Notes under the pieces: model-generated
Told to the model about the DNA's origin: nothing
What the model saw: the letters and a program-made list of their open reading frames with translations, nothing else
Databases searched by the model: none
NCBI GenBank assembly: GCA_039621445.1
Contig: CP154954.1
Span: forward strand, 36,999,703-37,063,702
Direction: 5' to 3'
DNA length: 64,000 nucleotides
DNA from: Euglena gracilis
Taxonomy: Eukaryota
Shown: piece after piece, positions 11,066 to 21,359 of the stretch
Numbering within the stretch: position 1 is the stretch's first letter
How the letters are laid out: every line of letters begins with the position of its first letter
Translations under genes and position numbers: made by a program

Positions 11066-14000
11066 TGGTAAGCAGAGGTTGATCCTTCAGCCTTCAGTCG
11101 GAAATTTTGGGTTAGAAATCCCTGCTCAGAATGTTTTCTTTGATGATCAGCCAATGGCCCAATCTCAGATGGCAAATCTGACGATTGGAGTTTCGGGGAA
11201 CAGGGATTTGGGACCGGAAACCAGTTTGGCTGAACTCAGAACCCCCACAGATATGGGACAGATGTTGGAATTTCAGGGTGGGGATGGCCAGGTTGTCATT
11301 TCCAACCAACCGTGTTTTCCAGAGCCTTTTTCAGGAGCTTTGCCTTTGCAAAATATGGGGTACGGTTTTGTGCTGCTGAGTTGCAACCTCTCCCAGACTT
11401 TTCATGGGTGCAAAATTTAGGGAATCTGCCATCATTACCCGCTTTTGCATTGCCTTTGCCTCCAGCTCAACCAGTTTCTTCGACACCAGCCCAAGAGCCG
11501 GTGGCACTTTTGCAGTTTTCCCAACCATCCCAGGTAGATGGGCTGGCGAAGGAAACGGCAGGTGCCTCGGCAGGGCAGGGGGGTGATAACCCCAGCCCAG
11601 TTTTCTTTGAAAAGCAAGCACAGGTCAATGTGCTGGGCTTAAACAATAGTAATAACTGGGACAGCAACGAACGGGTCAGAGCAGAAGTCGAGCAGGCAGA
11701 GGAAAACCCGAAGGACCAGCCCAGCTCTACTTCTGCTCGACGACCCCGAACACCAGCTTCATCACCAGGTAGTGATGAAGTTCAGCAAAAACGGCTGCAC
11801 CGTGAGGTTGATCACGGTCAGCCAGCAGCTGCTGCAGCCCCCCAGCCTCCTCATATTTTCATCGAGGGGGGTGAGGAGGAGGTCCAACCCCCAGCCTATG
11901 AAAGTTCTGAAGCCACCCCCAGGGGGGGTTCACAAAATCAGGGATTTGAAGACCCCTGGGGGCAATTTTTAGAAAGTAACAGAGACCTCCAGTTGACTGT
12001 GCAGCACCTGACTTTTCGGGTTTTGGCTCTGGAAAAAGCCAACGAAGAGTGGGTTCTGCAGCAGCAGCAGCAACAACCCCCCGCGGTCGACATCCACCTG
12101 GTGGAGCACATGGCTGCACGAATCGAAGAAACGGCCAGGGCTGACTGCCTCCATATTTTTGAACTTTTTGAGAAAAAATGTGAGGCCCAGGTGCAAATTT
12201 CTGTGCAAAAAATTGACGCACAGGCACTTGAACTTTTTGTCGGGCAGGAAAAAAGTTTTGAGGAAAAACTGGCCCAGCAGTTTTCTTCGAGCCGTGATCA
12301 GTTTTTGGCCCTGAGGCAGGAATTTTTACGAATTTTGGACAGCCTGCCACAGGAAATTTTTAAGCAGGTGCAAAATCAGGTGGCTGCCTTACCAATTAAG
12401 GATCTCGTGCTTGAAAATTTTCAGCGGTTTGCTGAGAATTTTAAAGCCGCCCAGCCAGCTCAGGGGGGGGAGGCAGAAACTCTCCAGGAGCTGGCCGTTG
12501 TCGCTGCCAAAATCGTTGAAGTTCAGGCTGACCTGGTATCGCTGCGTAGTACGGTACAGGGCCAGGCTCAGCAGCTCCAGCAGTTCGCTGATTATGTTCG
12601 CCAGCTGGGTGAGCAAAATTCAGCAATGAATACGGCCCTCCATGGTTTTGGTGGTGGTATTCAGAAACTGCACCAGAATATTTCAGATGAAGTAGGGAAA
12701 CGACACTCAGAAATGCAAAAACTGTTGACGGATTGTCAGCAGAATTTTCAGAGTGTTCATCAGCAGATTTTTTCCCAGGAGAAAAAATTTGGTGGGCTGG
12801 TGGAGGAATTAAGGCAGGGACTTGCAAAAGTTGGGGGGAACACTTTCGAGTTGCAGAAAGTGTTGCAGGATTTACAAAAAAATGGACCCATACACCCAAC
12901 TGCAGAACCGAGAGGAGTTTTGCAGAAAATTTCTGACATGTGGTGGCTGCGGCAGGGCAGCCAGCAGCCCCTACACCCAGTGGAGCTGCCACAGCCTGGG
13001 CAGCAGCTGGCCCAGCAGCCCGTCGTCCAGCTAGCCCAGCAGCCTGGCCAGCCAGCAGGCCAGTCGCAGCCTGCTCACGGGCTGCCAAGGGGGCTGGGCC
13101 TGCCGTCGGCTGGACAGCAGCAGCCCCTGGGGCAGCCTTCCCGCTCACTGGCCAGCACGGTGCCCAGTGCTGACCCAGCATTTTCAGGTCAGATTATTTC
13201 TCAAAATAAATCTGCAAGTTCAAACATTTCCCCTCCCTTAGTTATTGAGGGGGGATTTGTTTTGGAGGACACACAAGATACGGCAGTGGTTTCTTCTGTG
13301 TCATTGTGTGTCCCCCCACATAAGGCTCTATCGGCTGAATGGAGCTAAATTAAGTTACCCCACCATATTAGCCCAATTCCAGAACCGTTATGCCATGAGT
13401 AAGGGGCTGACGGCTCGGAAAATATGGCAGGAGGTAACCATGGTTAATGAAGGAAAAATTACCCGGGCTGATCTGCAAGAATTTTGGATTAAATTTTGCA
13501 GTGCCTGGCACCATGTTAAGGATGCCACAGCCGGGGAGGCTCGGAGATTATTTTTGGAAAGAATTCCTCCTTTTTTAAGCAAGTTTTGCATAGAAGAGGA
13601 GGATAACCGAGCCCGTAAACAACCCATTGTCAGGCTCACAGGGATACCAAATCCCACGGTGGATGGGATTAAAAGGAGTGTGAGCCAAATCACTGGGGGG
13701 ATTGATCCACGGAAAGTGGTTATCAAAAACCCTGGTGCCATTTGCCTTATTTATTTCAGTTCTTCGCAGGAGGCACTGAAATTAACAGCCGTAAATGGAA
13801 GGAAATTGCAGGGAATGGAAAATTTCCTCAACGCCGAATTGGTGGAACAACTAATGACCGTTGAGGAAATGTTTGCTTTTGCCGAAGGCAGGTTGGCTCT
13901 TCGGGAGAAGCAGGATTTGGCTTTGAATCAGCACCATTTTCCCAGATTATTCAGCAAATCGACAACAAAAGGCTCGGGGAAAATACAGGTGTTGGAAAAA

Positions 14001-14490
14001 GGCCAGACCCCCCCGGTGTCCCCAACATCCGTTTCAGCACCAGCGGCCGGGGAACAGGGTCACACCTCAAAATCTGCCCCACAGCCAGCTCCAAAGGGAG
14101 ATAAGGGGCCAGCCCAGCCAGCCCAGCGGGGCAGGTCCCCTTCTTCGTCTTCGCGGCCAGGTGCAGCTTCATGGTCGCGAACCCAAAGTCCAGCACCCCC
14201 AGCCCGGCAAGGCAAGGGGGGGGAAGACCTGGACCCCGCAGGCATCGGGTCGGGGCAGGTCGCCATACCCATGCTTCAACTGTGGGGAGGGTGGACATTA
14301 TTTTTATGAGTGTGATAAACCGCTGAGTGAGGCCCTTGCTAAATCTAAGGAATTTTGGCAAAATAATGGAAAAGGCAAGGGGCAGCCCAAGGGTAAAGGG
14401 CAGCCAGCCACTCAGCGAAATTCCTCAGGCAAGGGGGGTGCATGGTCAAAGGGGGGTGGGCCCACCTCTTCTCCCCCTGGGGCCCAATAG
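10592..14490 (+). CDS. gag: Gag of element 1, split over several frames: low-complexity and coiled-coil N-terminus, capsid-like region, RRM-like insert, CCHC knuckle
   Basis: Overlapping ORFs 10532-10798, 10755-11420, 11312-13348, 13245-14309, 14161-14490; CFNCGEGGHYFYEC knuckle; region similar to element 2 Gag (W..V..VNEGKIT...FW..F..AW..VK.AT..EA.RL). Confidence 0.75.
11066..11080 (+). promoter_or_regulatory. Primer-binding site, probably initiator tRNA-Met
   Basis: TGGTAAGCAGAGG immediately after the LTR-terminal CA. Confidence 0.75.
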
Positions 14491-14604
14491 GGGGGCCAGG
14501 GGCAGTTTGAGAAGGGGGGGGCTGCCCATGGCCGTGTCTCTCCCCCCTGTGAGGAAAACGGCGTAAATATTTCTGATTCAAAAAACTGGGCTGCACAGGA
14601 TTTT

Positions 14605-15420
14605 ATGGCTGATTCAGGGTGTGGTGAAAAACATTCTTTGCATCAGCCCCCCAGATTTTTGAATCGGACCCGATACTCCTGGAGGGAGGGAAAATGTTCA
14701 AGGGTTCCCATTTTGCATTCAAATCTGCCACAGCCCAACCCCCTACCATCAGCTCAGCGACCTCAGGCATTAGATTTATTCGCTGGCACAGGTTCGGTGG
14801 GGAAGCGGTTGGCAGAACGGGGGTATGAAGTTTTGTCAATTGAAAATGCTCCTTGGACGGACTTCCACCCCCACACAGACATTTTGACCTGGGACTACAG
14901 GCGATACCCGGTTGGATTTTTTGAGGTTATTGCCGCTAGTCCCCCCTGTAATATTTATTCCACGGCTTATAACCCCAGGCCAAGGGATTTCTCCCAGGCG
15001 GATGCCCTGGTGGAGAAAGCCCTGGAAATTATAAATTATTTTCAGCCAAAGTTGTGTTGGTTGGAGAACCCCCGCACTGGACTTTTGCGAAATAGGGAGG
15101 TGGTGAAAAACCTGCCCTATATCGACATTGATTATTGTCAGTTTTCAGATTGGGGTTATAAAAAGCCCACACGTTTCTGGTGCTGCCCAGCCATTTCACA
15201 ATTACGGTCGGTGTTGTGCGATGGCGAATCGTGTCCTAACCTGGTGATGGGGGACAATGGGCAGTTCCGTCACCGTAAATTGTTGGGGGGCAGAAAAATG
15301 AAGTTTACCCCCCGACAAAAAGGACGAATACCCCCCCTGGTGATTGATTATCTCCTAACTGCTGGGGATTTTCGGGGGGGGGCAGCCCAAAGAAATTTCC
15401 CAAAATTCTCAGGATTTTGA
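14605..15420 (+). CDS. C5-cytosine DNA methyltransferase (compact DNMT) between gag and protease
   Basis: Motif I DLFAGTG, motif IV ASPPC (catalytic PC), motif VI WLENP, motif VIII-like YKKPTRFW, motif X-like IPPLVIDYLL. Confidence 0.9.
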   Translation: MADSGCGEKHSLHQPPRFLNRTRYSWREGKCSRVPILHSNLPQPNPLPSAQRPQALDLFAGTGSVGKRLAERGYEVLSIENAPWTDFHPHTDILTWDYRRYPVGFFEVIAASPPCNIYSTAYNPRPRDFSQADALVEKALEIINYFQPKLCWLENPRTGLLRNREVVKNLPYIDIDYCQFSDWGYKKPTRFWCCPAISQLRSVLCDGESCPNLVMGDNGQFRHRKLLGGRKMKFTPRQKGRIPPLVIDYLLTAGDFRGGAAQRNFPKFSGF

Positions 15421-15451
15421 GGAATGGGAAATTCCAGACCGTTGTTGTCAT

Positions 15452-18400
15452 TTGGCCAACACCTTGAAGGTTAATCAGGTGTTGCCCATTGAAAACGAGC
15501 TGCAACTTTTGATGCTATCACAGACGTATCTCCCCAACGGAGATGCCAGGCAGCTCAGAGTTTTGGTTGACACGGGAGCCCAGGTGAACCTGGTGAAAAG
15601 GTCCATCGTCCCAAAACATTTGGCCAGGTCACCGCGAATGCCAATTCGGCTGGTGGCTGCCAACGGCCAATGTGTTTTGGGGGGCGACCAGTGTATTAAG
15701 TTGGAGTTGGGTTTTCAACGCAGGGGTACGGGGCAGGGGGGCACCCAGGCCTTGTACCTCGAAGGGGAATTCTACCTCGCGTATATTGAGGTAGATGCTA
15801 TATTATCATTTCCATGGTTAGCCGAACATGGTTTGGGTGTGTTCCCACACCATAAGGCTTTGGTTTTTGACAATCCTAATCTGACTTTCTTGTACGGGTG
15901 GGATACAAGAAATCAGAAACGGAAATCCCATAAGGGGAAGAAAAAACACAATTCACAAAAAAGAATTGGGGTTGTGGTTTCTGACTTCGGAGAATCCCCT
16001 GAAAACGCACCAACCACGGAGTCCCTTGAAAATGAAAAAGTGTGGTTGGACCTGCAAAAAATGAATTTGCACCTACCCTTGCAAGGCTTTGATATGCAAC
16101 CAAAATTCCTTGGTAAGAAGGAATTGCATACCATAGCCAAGCATCTCACCGAATCGCCAGCCGAGGACAAGGCAGTGAATGCCATAATCCAGGCTCGCGA
16201 CTCGGGTGAGAAGGAAGACCCCAGGGTGGTAGCATTTCGGGATAAAATTTTTCAGGATTTTGAAGGGGAGGTGTTGGGTACGGAGGTACCCCCTGACCCT
16301 CCCGTTCGGGGACCTTATGGTTACGCCCAGATTCCTCTGAAGGAGGGGGCTGTACCCACAAGGCAAAAACCTTTTGTCTTACATGGTGAAAGATTTGAAG
16401 CTCACAAAAAGGTCACACAGGAATGGTGGGACCGGAAATTTGTTGAGCGATTGCCCAAGGGAACAGTTTCGGAATGGCTGTCTGTAACATTTGTGGTGCC
16501 GAAAAAAGGAGGTGAATGGAGGGGAGTGGTAGACATGCGGGGGCCTAACAGTCAAACTAGGCGTGTGTCCTACCCCCTTCCCGTAATTGAAGACCTCCTG
16601 GTAAAACAAGGTGGAAACATGATGTTTTCCATCTTGGATTTACGGCAGGCTTTCCACCAACAGCCGTTGGACCCGGAAAGCCGGCCCATCACATGTTGTA
16701 GTACCCCCCTCGGTCTTTTTCAGTGGAGGGTTAATGTGATGGGTCTAACAAACGCAAGCCAGCAGTTTCAACAAATGATGGAGGATCGCCTCTTCCCAGT
16801 GGGGGACGTGGCTGATCCTTACATCGACGACATTTTGATTGGAACTCGAGTGGGTCCTGGTGAGGATTTACTCGCAGCACACGACAAGGATTTGCGAAGA
16901 GTCCTTGAAGTTTTACGAAAAGACAGATTTGTAGCTGACAAAAGAAAATGCCGTCTTTTCGTAAAAGAAGTTGAGTTTTGTGGCCATGTTCTGGGTGGTG
17001 GGGTGAGAAAACCATCCCCTGGAAAGCTAATGGCCATTGAAAAATGGGAGCTACCCCAAACAATCACGGGTTTACGTGCTTTTCTGGGGTTCACAAATTA
17101 TTACAGCTCCTATGTGAAGGATTACGCCCACATTGTCGCTTGCCTTCAAGATAAGCTCAAAGTTTCACGAGTGGACGGCAAGAAGGGTTCCAAGAAAAGG
17201 ATTTCTTGGGAGCCATCCGACATTGAGGCATTTGAAAAAATTAAATCACTGTTGTGCAGTGAATTAATTTTACAACACGTTAAGCCAGACAAACCATTTG
17301 TTTTAAGAGTGGATGCCAGCCAGTATGCGGTTGGTGCCACCCTTGAACAATTGGTTGGGGAGGATAGGGCTCCTACTCCTGAAGACGTACGGGCCAAGCG
17401 TACCGTGCCTGTCGCCTTCATGAGTAGGAAGCTAACGGGCAGCCAAAGAAACTGGGTACCTAGGGAACAGGAGACTTATGCCATAATCCTAGCCTTGCAA
17501 AAGTGGGAATCATGGATTGGGCTGCAGCCCGTCCTGGTTCTCACGGACCACAAGGCTCTAGAATCTTGGGCTAGAGAGGTTCTAGATACACCAAGTGGTC
17601 CCATTGGGAGAAGGGCTAGGTGGCATCAGATTTTATCAAAATTTGATTTATCGGTTGGGTATATCCCGGGGCGGGAGAATACCATAGCCGATTTGTTGTC
17701 AAGATGGGCTTACCCGGCCTCCCAAGCCTTGAAGGACATTTCAAGGCATGGGTCAGCCCTTGACACCGAGGAAATGAGGGAAATCATTCAAACAGAAAAA
17801 ATGGAGGAAGCCGAATGTATGTGGCTACGGTTGGTGGACCAACCAACCACAGCCAACACATACATTCGTGGAGTCACCACACGGGGTGGTGCTACCACGG
17901 GGTCCGGGGACGCGAGTGGACGGTGCACACGACCGGGGGATAGGAAGTCAGAACCACTTGGAGGAACAAAACCCCAGGGTTTGGGTTCAACCTCCACCCC
18001 CAAGGGAGAAAAAGGAAAACATGTTTCATTCTCAACTCGGGTTGACGAGTTTGGGAATGAGACAAGTCTTGTGGAGGAGGTCCAAGAGCCAAGGGGGGAG
18101 CATTTTCCTTTGACACCCACTTCTATACCAGTTTCGTCAACAACGCCAACCCCTGAACCTGCTGCTGCGGCTACCACTGAGGTACCTGGGGCAGACCGAG
18201 AATCACCTGTGTTGTCTTCAGGTGGTTTGAGTGGTGAGGGGGGGGAAGCCACTTCTACAACCGATTCCTCACCCATCCCCCCTGGTTCTGTGTGGGATTT
18301 ATCGTGGAAGGAGGAATATTTAAAATGTCCCCGTTGGTCACCAATTTTTCAGGCTACCCAGGATTCAAAGGTGCCGTGGCCTGAAAATATAAAGGTTTTT

Positions 18401-19762
18401 GGTGACAAAATGTTTTTCGAGGAGAGGCTTTGTGTGCCCAAATCTCTCCAAGAAAAACTCATTCGGGATCACCACTCATACCAAGGGCATGTGGGATTCC
18501 CAAGGCTATGGGAATGCATGTCCCTTAGGTATGATTGGGCTGATTCCTCACTCGCTCGAGATTTTGCTAAAGGAGTCATGGGCCTTTGTGGGACTTGCCA
18601 AGCGTGCCGAAGGCCGGCGAGTCTTAAGGGTTTAGTGGAATCTACACCCATACCCCCAGCCGTAATGTATTCGGTGGCCCTTGACATGTTTAGCATGCCT
18701 CTCGTGGAGTGGGAAGGGAATTCTTACGACTCCATGCTTGTGTGTGTGGATCGTCACTCCGGTTGGATAGTGGCGATCCCCCACCTAGCAAAAGGATTTA
18801 CGGGAGCCAAGGCAGCCAAGCAAATGCTGTTGCATGCTTGGCGACCTTTTGGCGTCCCTTCCATTATTACTTCCGATCTGGGCTCACATTTTGTCGCCGG
18901 TTGGTGGCAGACAATGTGTGCCTTGATGGGAATTAGGCAAGCCTACTCCCAGGCCTACCATCACCAGGCGAATGGTAGGGCGGAGAGGGCTGGCCAACAA
19001 ATAATGGAACGGCTCAAAAAAATTCAGGTTGAGGACAAGTTGAATTGGGTTGAAGCCCTCCCCCAAGCACTAGACCGTATTCATGATACGCCGGGGGAGA
19101 GTGGCCTGAGCCCATTTCAAATCTTGTTCGGTCGACACCGTTCATTGGGTGGTTTACCTTATGAACCGTTAAGGGATTGTGAAGATGCCAGATCATTTTT
19201 CTCTCGGCAAAGAGAAATTGATTTGGTAGTGGCTGGCAAAATGAATAATTTGCATGCCAAGCAATGTGCTCGGGCCAACCGTGGTTTAGACGGTTGGGAG
19301 CCATTGGAGGTGGGGAATCTGGTGTGGTTCCTGAGACCCCCCGATAGTGGCACGAAATTGGATTCCCGTTGGTTGGGCCCTTGCAAGGTTACCGCGAGGG
19401 AGGGAATTCATTCCTACCTGATTGAGGTTAAACCGGGCCATATTATGAAGGCCCATCGGAAGGCTTTGAAGGTGTATGTGGAGGACCCCACATCTGATAA
19501 GCCTATCCCCCTATTTTTCCACCGGCGGACGGTACCTGAGGCGGAAGGTGCCCCAGATACCTGGTTAGTGGATAAAATCCTAAACCACAAATTCGTTAAG
19601 GGAAAAATGTTTTTCTTAACGAAGTGGCAAGGGTTTGAGGAAGCGAATTGGGAACCGGTGGAACATTTTTTCCAGGAGTACAATAGCGACGTAATAGCGT
19701 ATTGCCTGGGAAAAGGGTTGCCGTTAGATGTCTCTAAGGATTTAAAGGCAACGGCAACCTGA
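15452..19762 (+). CDS. pol: Pol polyprotein of element 1: aspartic protease, RT, RNase H, integrase, chromodomain
   Basis: LVDTGA; LDLRQAFHQ and YIDD; VDAS, EQE, LTDH, ADLLSR; HHCC plus ALD/TSD/NGRAE; RWLGP; WLVDKIL...FLTKWQGF...WEP. Confidence 0.97.
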   Translation: MANTLKVNQVLPIENELQLLMLSQTYLPNGDARQLRVLVDTGAQVNLVKRSIVPKHLARSPRMPIRLVAANGQCVLGGDQCIKLELGFQRRGTGQGGTQALYLEGEFYLAYIEVDAILSFPWLAEHGLGVFPHHKALVFDNPNLTFLYGWDTRNQKRKSHKGKKKHNSQKRIGVVVSDFGESPENAPTTESLENEKVWLDLQKMNLHLPLQGFDMQPKFLGKKELHTIAKHLTESPAEDKAVNAIIQARDSGEKEDPRVVAFRDKIFQDFEGEVLGTEVPPDPPVRGPYGYAQIPLKEGAVPTRQKPFVLHGERFEAHKKVTQEWWDRKFVERLPKGTVSEWLSVTFVVPKKGGEWRGVVDMRGPNSQTRRVSYPLPVIEDLLVKQGGNMMFSILDLRQAFHQQPLDPESRPITCCSTPLGLFQWRVNVMGLTNASQQFQQMMEDRLFPVGDVADPYIDDILIGTRVGPGEDLLAAHDKDLRRVLEVLRKDRFVADKRKCRLFVKEVEFCGHVLGGGVRKPSPGKLMAIEKWELPQTITGLRAFLGFTNYYSSYVKDYAHIVACLQDKLKVSRVDGKKGSKKRISWEPSDIEAFEKIKSLLCSELILQHVKPDKPFVLRVDASQYAVGATLEQLVGEDRAPTPEDVRAKRTVPVAFMSRKLTGSQRNWVPREQETYAIILALQKWESWIGLQPVLVLTDHKALESWAREVLDTPSGPIGRRARWHQILSKFDLSVGYIPGRENTIADLLSRWAYPASQALKDISRHGSALDTEEMREIIQTEKMEEAECMWLRLVDQPTTANTYIRGVTTRGGATTGSGDASGRCTRPGDRKSEPLGGTKPQGLGSTSTPKGEKGKHVSFSTRVDEFGNETSLVEEVQEPRGEHFPLTPTSIPVSSTTPTPEPAAAATTEVPGADRESPVLSSGGLSGEGGEATSTTDSSPIPPGSVWDLSWKEEYLKCPRWSPIFQATQDSKVPWPENIKVFGDKMFFEERLCVPKSLQEKLIRDHHSYQGHVGFPRLWECMSLRYDWADSSLARDFAKGVMGLCGTCQACRRPASLKGLVESTPIPPAVMYSVALDMFSMPLVEWEGNSYDSMLVCVDRHSGWIVAIPHLAKGFTGAKAAKQMLLHAWRPFGVPSIITSDLGSHFVAGWWQTMCALMGIRQAYSQAYHHQANGRAERAGQQIMERLKKIQVEDKLNWVEALPQALDRIHDTPGESGLSPFQILFGRHRSLGGLPYEPLRDCEDARSFFSRQREIDLVVAGKMNNLHAKQCARANRGLDGWEPLEVGNLVWFLRPPDSGTKLDSRWLGPCKVTAREGIHSYLIEVKPGHIMKAHRKALKVYVEDPTSDKPIPLFFHRRTVPEAEGAPDTWLVDKILNHKFVKGKMFFLTKWQGFEEANWEPVEHFFQEYNSDVIAYCLGKGLPLDVSKDLKATAT

Positions 19763-19828
19763 AAAAGGGGGAAAGGGAGGTGAAAAAGGACCTGGAGTGG
19801 TTGCCTGGGGAGGGGGAGGTCCCACTCC

Positions 19829-20599
19829 ATGCCCCTTCACAGATGCAGGTGGACGTGCCAACGGAAAACCCCACAAAACCCACAGAGGGAGGAGGCGGGC
19901 CGGCCCCCTAGGAGGGAGGAGGAGGAGGAGGTCACCCCAGAACTGGAAAAGGCACTTCAGAAAAATGATGGGGGCAGTGCTTCTTCGTCATTTTTTGAGT
20001 TTTTATTTCCAGAACTCATCCATCAACCCTGTCCGGGTTTGGATGGGGTTCAAGCAACCGAAGGATTTTCGGATGCTTGGGACGCTATTTTTCGATATGC
20101 CCCTGAACCCCCGAGAACGGAAGTTCAGGTGGTTATCGAAAGTTTATATCCGGACATCCGAACGGCTAGGGAGAAACTAGCCGGGGATCCGTATTTTATT
20201 GTTTTGATGGGTGGAGAAGGACAATTACCATTTCATCCAACCCCGGATGGGGGCGGGATGAATTTGCCAACATCAAAAGGCAAAGCCCGCATCGTCAAGC
20301 GAATTGTCGATGTGGATGGTTTTGCTTATGTGGCCATAAATGGATGGGTGCCGGTTTGGTTCCCATCCCGTGTACCCGATTGGATTGAAGTGATGGGGGA
20401 AAGTTCTCGGTGGCAAAACCACTGGAGGTGGGTCCGAGGATTTTACCTCGAGCAAGCACAAAGGTCCCATGTGCTTGTTCATTTCCCAAATGCGGACATG
20501 GTGTGGGTCCATGTTGCATTATGGAAGGAACTCCGAGTCGAACGGTACCTCGATCTGTGGTCGGAGGAGGCCGATCTCCTCAACGGGTACATCTGTTAA
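19829..20599 (+). CDS. Extra ORF of unknown function downstream of pol (256 aa)
   Basis: Open frame with ordinary globular-protein composition in its C-terminal ~200 aa, inside the element; no recognised motif. Confidence 0.5.
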   Translation: MPLHRCRWTCQRKTPQNPQREEAGRPPRREEEEEVTPELEKALQKNDGGSASSSFFEFLFPELIHQPCPGLDGVQATEGFSDAWDAIFRYAPEPPRTEVQVVIESLYPDIRTAREKLAGDPYFIVLMGGEGQLPFHPTPDGGGMNLPTSKGKARIVKRIVDVDGFAYVAINGWVPVWFPSRVPDWIEVMGESSRWQNHWRWVRGFYLEQAQRSHVLVHFPNADMVWVHVALWKELRVERYLDLWSEEADLLNGYIC

Positions 20600-21359
20600 T
20601 CTCACTCCTGGTTTGGAGTGAGAGAAGGGTAGGGAAGGGCCACGGTCTGCTCATCGGTACAGCCGAGCAGAACCCTTTTGTAAATAAAGGACGGGGGGGG
20701 AGGATTTCCCCCCTGCCACCTTTTGGTGGCGAGCTGGGCAAGATGGATGCCCATATGCCCAGCAAGCCAGGGCAAGGGAAGGTGGAAAGGGAAGGAAATT
20801 GTGCGGCAGTACACCCGCACATCCAAGCGAAGGGCGGAAGATGCACCGACAGCAAAGAAGCCCAAAAGCAACCCCGAACCCAAGCCCCCAGCTCAGCCCG
20901 CCTCCAAGTCCTCCGGCCCCCGCCGTGGGCTCCCAAGCCCATACCTTACAAGGGGATCGGCAAGGGAGGACGGAGGAGTGGCAGTGGAAACAAAACCCCC
21001 CAAGCTGCAATCATTGCTGCCACACGCATCAACCACCGTACCCCCCCAAACCGTACCCATACCCCCACCGCAGCCCTACCCCTGGTGGTATTAATATCTT
21101 TGCATGGCATTGGATATATATGGGATATTACAACTGCCTGCCTCCTCGCTTACTCAGGACGGAACCTAGAGCCGGGACTCTGAGTTGGACGAGTTGAAGA
21201 CGGATTCTCAATTATTATTCGAAGTGGAACCACGACGAGCGGTGGACAGGCCGAAAGTGTAACCTGACCACACTCGAACGTCACATTGCGCCCACAGTCA
21301 TGAAAGAGGAATCTGTGTTTTTCATTTCTCCCCTCTCACGGGTCGGTGGCACGCGTGGG

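Noticed and set aside
10755-14309. Programmed frameshifts within gag
   Set aside because: Shifts are not shared with element 2, whose Gag is one open frame, and at least one is a homopolymer difference between the two LTRs; mutation or sequencing error is more likely
14605-15420. Bacterial restriction-modification gene or contamination
   Set aside because: Lies between gag and pol inside matched LTRs with a TSD, has a positional homolog in element 2, and has no nuclease partner
19829-20599. env gene
   Set aside because: No evident signal peptide, transmembrane helix or cleavage/fusion motif
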